Below, piece by piece: positions 58,775 through 64,000 of a stretch of DNA of 64,000 bases. The DNA comes from an uncultured Anaerofilum sp. (lineage in GTDB: Bacteria; Bacillota; Clostridia; Oscillospirales; Ruminococcaceae). Made by a program: the position numbers and the translations under genes. Where the stretch lies: the NCBI GenBank assembly GCA_944385935.1, contig CALWZC010000004.1, positions 75,426-139,425 of the forward strand. Direction: 5' to 3'. Under the pieces are notes generated by a model that was not told the origin of the DNA, searched no databases, and was given only the letters and a program-made list of their open reading frames with translations. The first letter of the stretch is position 1. Each line of letters starts with the position of its first letter.

Positions 58775-61246
58775 TTAAATAAACAGGTTTACATTGGATT
58801 CTTCGGCATCCCCCAGATAGGCACCTACACCACCCAATTCTACACCATCAATCAATTCTTCCTTGCGGATACCCATAACCTCCATACTCATGGTGCAAGC
58901 AACAATTTTTACACCGGCAGCCATTGCCTTTTTGATGAGGGTTTCCAGAGAGTCCACATTTTTATCTGCCATAATTTTTTTCATCATAGCAGTGCCCATA
59001 CCACCCATATTCATCTTAGACAGCTTTAATTTGCTGCTGCCTCGGGGCATCATAGCACCAAACATAGACTCCATAAAGGTCTTTTTGATGGGCTGTTTCT
59101 GGGATTTTCTCAGGGCGTTTAATCCCCAGAAGGTAAAGAACATAGTAACAGGACGCCCTAAAGCAGCGGCACCATTGGCAATGATGAAGCTGGCAAGAAC
59201 TCGGTCAAGGTCGCCTGAAAATACCACCAAGGTTTTTCCCTCGGGGGTATCTTTTATAACAGGAGCCGCTGCACCGCCCTTTTGCAGCAGTGCTGTATAG
59301 TCGCTTCCATTGCGGCCGGTGGAAAGAAGTTGGTTTCCAGTTCGGCGGCACCATGCCCCTACATCTCGCAAAAAGCCGGGGTCAGATGCGGACACTTCTA
59401 CCACGTCCCCATCTTTCATTTCCTTCATGGTTTCAAATACCTTCATGATGGGGCCGGGGCATTGCATTCCACTGCAATTTAGACGGATAGAAGTGGCAGG
59501 AGCAGACTTAGAAGGGCAAGGGGTTACATCTCCATTATCCGAAACTGTGCCACAGTTTCCACTGGGAGAAGCGGGGGAAAGGGGCTGTGGTTTGGTGTGT
59601 AAAGACTGATAAAAACGGCTGCCACCGGGATACACTTTCACATTGGAAAATCCATTTTGCATAAGGATTCGAGCACCATTATAAGCCCGCACACCAATGG
59701 CACAAAATACAATGATTTCACGGTTTTTGTCCAACTCCTTCCAGCGGTTGCGCAACTGCCCCAAAGGAATGTGTATCGCATTGGGGATGGAAAATGCCAT
59801 TACTTCCATATCCTCTCGCACATCCAAAAGCAGGGCACCGGGATGTTGATGATGGACATCCCAATGAGCAAAGCGAACCAATCCCGTCAAAATATTTTCT
59901 GCCACAAAACCAGCCATATTTACAGGGTCTTTTGCAGAAGAATAGGGAGGTGCATAAGCAAGCTCTAATTCCTTCAACTGCACAACATCAGCCCCCAGCC
60001 GCATAGCAACAGCAAGGGTATCAATGCGCTTGTCAACACCATCTAAGCCCACAATTTGCGCTCCCAAAATGGTGGAACCATCCGTAGTAAACAGCACCTT
60101 TATGGTCATGGGTTGAGCACCGGGGTAGTAGCCTGCATGGGAATTTTGGGTAATGATAAGGGTTTCGTAATCTTTGCCTTTTTCCAAGCCTTTTTTCTGC
60201 AAAGCCTTTTCATTGGCACCAGTGGATGCAGCGGTAAGGTCAAATATTTTTGCTACAGAGGTACCCTGTGTGCCTTTGTATGTTTGATTTCTGCCAGCAA
60301 TATTGTCAGCAGCAATGCGCCCTTGTTTGTTGGCAGGCCCTGCCAAAGGAATCATAGTGGGGGATTTTAGTACAAAATCTTCCACCTCAATTACATCGCC
60401 CACGGCATAAATATCAGGCTGAGAGGTGCGCAAATATTCATCCACAACAATGCCGCCACGTTCATTAACAGCAAGCCCAGCTTCTTTCGCCAGCTCTCCA
60501 TTGGGGCGCACTCCAATGGAAAGAATCACTAGGTCTACCTTGATAATTTCACCGCTGTTTAAGTGAACATCCACACCATTGCCGTTATCTACAAAGGAGC
60601 TTACCCCATTTTTTAGATATAAGTGAACGCCGTTTTGCACCAGATGTTCATGGAGAAGCTGTGCCATCTCAAAGTCCAACGGTGCCATTACCTGTTCAAC
60701 GGCTTCAATCAAGGAAACTTCCAGTCCTGCATGACGAAGATTTTCTGCCATTTCCAAACCGATAAAACCGCCACCAATAACCGCTGCAGTTTTTACATTT
60801 TCCTGTTGTACCATTTTGCGGATACGGTCAGTGTCGGGGACAGTCCAAAGGGTTTGAATACGGGGAGAGTCAATGCCGGGAATGGGAGGGCGCACAGGAG
60901 AAGAACCGGTAGAAATAACCAAAGAATCATAGCTTTCCTCATAGGTTTCGCCAGTGGCCAACCGTTTCACAGTAATAGTTTTGCCAGTAGGATGGATGGA
61001 CAACACCTGATTTTGTACACGAACATCAATGTTAAATTTCTTTTGCATGGCTTCTGGTGTTTGCAACAGCAAAGCATCACGGGAAGAAATTACATCTCCC
61101 ACATGATAGGGCAAACCACAGTTGGCATAGGAGATATACTCTCCACGTTCCAAAAGAATGATTTCTGCTTCTGCATCCAATCGACGCAAACGGGCAGCAC
61201 AGCTTGCACCACCAGCTACACCACCAATAATAACAACTTTACTCAT
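58775..61246 (-). CDS. CoA-disulfide reductase/NADH oxidase-rhodanese-TusA-DsrE four-domain fusion protein
   Basis: N-terminal FAD/NAD(P) pyridine nucleotide-disulfide oxidoreductase (GGVAGG, redox Cys YANCGLPYH); rhodanese (active-site CAIGVRA); TusA-like CPGP motif; C-terminal DsrE/DsrF-like domain. Confidence 0.85.
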   Translation of the reverse strand: MSKVVIIGGVAGGASCAARLRRLDAEAEIILLERGEYISYANCGLPYHVGDVISSRDALLLQTPEAMQKKFNIDVRVQNQVLSIHPTGKTITVKRLATGETYEESYDSLVISTGSSPVRPPIPGIDSPRIQTLWTVPDTDRIRKMVQQENVKTAAVIGGGFIGLEMAENLRHAGLEVSLIEAVEQVMAPLDFEMAQLLHEHLVQNGVHLYLKNGVSSFVDNGNGVDVHLNSGEIIKVDLVILSIGVRPNGELAKEAGLAVNERGGIVVDEYLRTSQPDIYAVGDVIEVEDFVLKSPTMIPLAGPANKQGRIAADNIAGRNQTYKGTQGTSVAKIFDLTAASTGANEKALQKKGLEKGKDYETLIITQNSHAGYYPGAQPMTIKVLFTTDGSTILGAQIVGLDGVDKRIDTLAVAMRLGADVVQLKELELAYAPPYSSAKDPVNMAGFVAENILTGLVRFAHWDVHHQHPGALLLDVREDMEVMAFSIPNAIHIPLGQLRNRWKELDKNREIIVFCAIGVRAYNGARILMQNGFSNVKVYPGGSRFYQSLHTKPQPLSPASPSGNCGTVSDNGDVTPCPSKSAPATSIRLNCSGMQCPGPIMKVFETMKEMKDGDVVEVSASDPGFLRDVGAWCRRTGNQLLSTGRNGSDYTALLQKGGAAAPVIKDTPEGKTLVVFSGDLDRVLASFIIANGAAALGRPVTMFFTFWGLNALRKSQKQPIKKTFMESMFGAMMPRGSSKLKLSKMNMGGMGTAMMKKIMADKNVDSLETLIKKAMAAGVKIVACTMSMEVMGIRKEELIDGVELGGVGAYLGDAEESNVNLFI

Positions 61247-61381
61247 ATACATTTACCTCCCCAATACAGGAACTGGAATTATATCTGTTTACATTGGTAT
61301 AGTATCAGTTTATGCAGCTTTTTTCTGTGACAAACTCACATAAAAGAGTTTTTTTGAAGGGTAAGTACAAAATAAATGGAA

Positions 61382-62206
61382 TTACAATAGTTTTCGGTAC
61401 TGGGTGGGAGAAATGCCGAAACAGTTTTTAAAAGCAGATGAAAAATGATAGGGGGTGCTATACCCCAAAATCTCACTTACCTGACCAATGGAATAGTCTT
61501 TATTGCCTAGGAGAGAACAGGCTCGCCTTAGTCGTACTTGTTGTAAATACTCCATAAGGGTATGACCTGTATATTGGCGAAATAGTCGAATAAAGTAATA
61601 TTTGGAAATGCCTAATTTTTCGGCTAAAAAATCCAGTGATATGGTGTAGTCGGTGGTAGTTTCTATGTATTGTACTGCCATACGAATGAGGTTTGTCTGC
61701 TGACTTGATAAAGCAGAGGTTTGTACATAATCCACCAAGCTACACAAAATTTGGGTAAGGAGAGATTCCGCAAACAAAACATCTGCAAACCCTCTGGCAG
61801 TCCGCAATTTTTCAAGCAACTGCTGAAAAAGTCCTATAATGCCTGAGGCAGGCAAAGGGAGTATTTCTGAGGGGTAAATTTGCTCACAAAGAGCATGCAA
61901 TGTTTCTCCTGTACAATGAAGCCATAATAGACTCCATCCATTTTCTGCGTTGCCATAGGAGTGGGGAACTTCTGGGGGTAGCAGAATAATTTCCCCTGCT
62001 TTTACTGGGATTTTTTCTTTTTTGTCCAGTTGAACCCATCCACTTCCTCCCACACACAGCAAAATAACCCACTCACAGATGGTGCGGGGAGCCAAAAAGT
62101 GGTGGTGCATATCTTGATAATTTCCAGCCAAAAGGATACGCATATCTCGCTCCGCAATAGAGGCAGTTTGATACATTGGTACAGAGATAGATTCAATGGT
62201 TTCCAT
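61382..62206 (-). CDS. AraC family transcriptional regulator (N-terminal cupin-like sensor domain)
   Basis: Start METIES after TAGGAGTG; C-terminal two HTH AraC motifs (ISKYYFIRLFRQYTGHT, GYSTPYHFSSAFKNCFGISP). Confidence 0.85.
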   Translation of the reverse strand: METIESISVPMYQTASIAERDMRILLAGNYQDMHHHFLAPRTICEWVILLCVGGSGWVQLDKKEKIPVKAGEIILLPPEVPHSYGNAENGWSLLWLHCTGETLHALCEQIYPSEILPLPASGIIGLFQQLLEKLRTARGFADVLFAESLLTQILCSLVDYVQTSALSSQQTNLIRMAVQYIETTTDYTISLDFLAEKLGISKYYFIRLFRQYTGHTLMEYLQQVRLRRACSLLGNKDYSIGQVSEILGYSTPYHFSSAFKNCFGISPTQYRKLL

Positions 62207-62386
62207 AAGAAAAAACACTCCTAAGGGATGGATAAAAGTGAAGTAAAACAAAAGAAAAACGAAAGAGCAATTTTTTGTATTTTTTAGACAATGTGGCGCA
62301 TTTTGATGAACCTTTCACCGTGCTATAATCGATGGTGATAATATTGGTAATTCCTGAAAGGATGAACCAAAAGGAGAGAAGAAGCA

Positions 62387-63626
62387 ATGATGACCCAAAC
62401 CGAACTGGAAAGGCTGCGTATGTTGGCCCAAAAACAGTTGGAGGTATATCACAGCCCTGTAAATCAGGAACGCATTCAACAATGGTTCCGCCACAATGCC
62501 TGCCAGCCGGGTCGCCCCATGGTGCATGTGGAAATGGATACTTTTGAGGAAGAAGTATTGATGTCAAAGCTGCAATGTGAAAGCCCCATTGCACGGCGAC
62601 TGGAGGCGGATTTGTACCGCAATTTTATGAATATCACAGAGTTTGATGACGACTGGGTAACACCAAACTTCTTTGGTATTCGCTGGGAAAGCTGGTTCCA
62701 TCCTCTGGGCCATGAAATTACCGCCCATTCTGCCACAGATACCAGCGGCAGAACTGTTGGACATCAGTTCGATTTTATCATTGAGGACTTGGAGGACGAC
62801 TGGGACAAGCTGGGGGAAACAAAGTTTGGTGTAAACAAAGAAAGCACCGAAAAATACTTCCAAGCTGCACAGGAAGCCTTTGGGGATATTTTGCCTGCAA
62901 AGATGATTATGCAAAGCCCGGGAGCAGTTCCCACACAGCAGGTTGTCCACCTGATGGGCATGGAAAACATGTGCTTTGCCATGTATGATTATCCCGATTT
63001 ATTTAAAGAACTGATGGACCGCATTGCAGATGGCTATTTAGCATATTTCAATTATTTGACCAAAGAGGGCTTTTTGTTGCCCACTGCTGGCTTTGAGCTG
63101 TTGAATCAGGGCAGCAAGTGCTTTACAAAGGATTTGCCTGCTGACCATGTAACAGACATGAAGCAGATGTGGGGCTTTATGGATTCTCAGGAAACTGTAA
63201 GCATTTCGCCAGAAATGTTCCACGAATTTATCTTCCCTTGCTACCAAAAAATTGGTGCACGGTATGGAAAACTTTCCTATGGTTGCTGTGAGCCTGTAAG
63301 GGCAGTGTGGGATGACATCAAAACCTTCCCCAACTTGTGCAAGGTAAGTATCTCTCCTTGGTGTGATGAGGAGTTTATGGGACAACAACTCAAGGGAAGC
63401 AAAATTATTTATCATCGTAAGCCAAGCCCCAACTATCTGGGTGTTGGAGAAACAATGGATGAAGAAAGGTCTGCGTAAACACATTCAAAAGACACTGAAA
63501 GCCGCTGAAGGCTGTACCTTGGAATTTACCCAGCGTGATGTATACACAGTAGCAAACAACCCCCAAAAGGTTCGCCGCTACATTGAAATTCTTCGACAGG
63601 AAATTGAAACTCACTGGAAGGGATAA
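62387..63626 (+). pseudogene. URO-D-like (uroporphyrinogen decarboxylase/methyltransferase-like) family gene interrupted by a +1 frameshift
   Basis: ORF 62387..63478 ends GETMDEERSA*; reading continues in the next frame (63468 onward: GLRKHIQKTLKAAEGC...ETHWKG, stop 63626); shift lies in the GAAGAAAGG run at 63461-63469. Confidence 0.5.
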
Positions 63627-63637
63627 CACCACAAGGG

Positions 63638-64000
63638 CTATTTTTTCCAGCAGTGAAAATACTCGGCAGGGGGCACACCAAACCGCTCTTTAAAGGCACG
63701 GGAAAAGTGTGCCAAACTGCTGAAACCGGTGTCCAACGCCACATGGCTTAAGGGGTAGTTTCCTTTGTGGGCAGACATCAATTCCACCGCTTTGCTAAGC
63801 CTAAAATACACAAGATAGGAAGCAAAAGAAATATTTAGATATTGCTTAAACAGTTTGGAAAGCTGACGACAGGAAATTCCACATTCCAATGAAATATTTT
63901 CAAGAGAGATTGTTTCGCTGTAGTGGTTTTGTATGTAGGTCAAGACCAACAAAAGGTGACGATTTTGGAAAAAGGTAAAGCGGGAACAATCGTGGTAAAC
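63638..64000 (-). CDS. AraC family transcriptional regulator (C-terminal HTH part; N-terminus beyond window end)
   Basis: HTH_AraC motifs ISLENISLECGISCRQLSKLF and GFSSLAHFSRAFKERFGVPP; ORF continues past position 64000. Confidence 0.8.
   Translation of the reverse strand, partial: VYHDCSRFTFFQNRHLLLVLTYIQNHYSETISLENISLECGISCRQLSKLFKQYLNISFASYLVYFRLSKAVELMSAHKGNYPLSHVALDTGFSSLAHFSRAFKERFGVPPAEYFHCWKK

Noticed and set aside
60623-61330. 235-aa plus-strand ORF
   Set aside because: It lies inside the minus-strand CoADR-rhodanese-TusA-DsrE gene. The translated sequence is low-complexity.
1-64000. CRISPR arrays, tRNA/rRNA genes, transposases/integrases or prophage genes
   Set aside because: No direct-repeat arrays, no tRNA-like or rRNA-like segments and no IS, transposase or integrase ORFs were seen. 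The region reads as conserved chromosomal backbone.

Overview
This 64-kb window looks like a chromosomal core region of a low- to mid-GC Firmicutes (Clostridia-like) genome. It is densely coding, almost entirely on the + strand, and has no rRNA, tRNA, CRISPR or transposase/integrase genes. I call about 61 protein genes.

Recognisable conserved blocks, in order:
- a GAF/fRMsr-like protein and a cyclophilin (PPIase) on the - strand, then a TetR regulator and the Na+/proline symporter PutP
- a small protein, a Spo0A-like response regulator and a histidine-kinase-like protein
- miaB, a YlbF-like protein, mutS, mutL, miaA and an HlyD-like adaptor
- sepF, ylmH and divIVA
- lspA, rluD, a Cof-type HAD phosphatase and a split transketolase (N and C subunits)
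- a DUF2871-like membrane protein, a NERD-domain protein and guaA
- a P-type Mg2+ ATPase (mgtA) followed by an odd chimeric ORF and a 51-aa membrane peptide
- a YtrA-like GntR regulator, an ABC ATPase and an ABC-2 permease
- a double-zinc-ribbon membrane protein and an SPFH protein with zinc ribbons (YdjG/YdjI-like)
- a 10-gene V/A-type ATPase operon (G, C, an extra subunit-I N-domain paralog, I, K, F, E, A, B, D)
- a DUF1624-like acyltransferase and a Cys-type sulfatase
- rplS, rbgA, rnhB, yraN, thrC, a DUF1540 mini-protein on the - strand and a metallophosphoesterase
- tig, clpP and clpX
- a methyl-accepting chemotaxis protein
- the TIGR03960 B12-binding radical-SAM and TIGR03936 pair
- a CoA-disulfide-reductase, rhodanese, TusA, DsrE fusion on the - strand
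- a divergent AraC regulator, a frameshifted URO-D-like gene and a second, partial AraC regulator at the window edge.

Several rho-independent terminators and sigma-70-like promoters are readable directly.

The features most worth a second look are:
- the histidine-kinase-like protein next to a Spo0A-like regulator, with Tyr in place of the phospho-accepting His
- the mgtA-downstream mosaic ORF (OmpR-type winged-helix fragment fused to a diverged copy of the MgtA C-terminal helices) plus the 51-aa membrane peptide
- a possible envelope-stress cluster (YtrA-like operon next to a YdjG/YdjI-like SPFH module)
- the duplicated soluble domain of V-ATPase subunit I.
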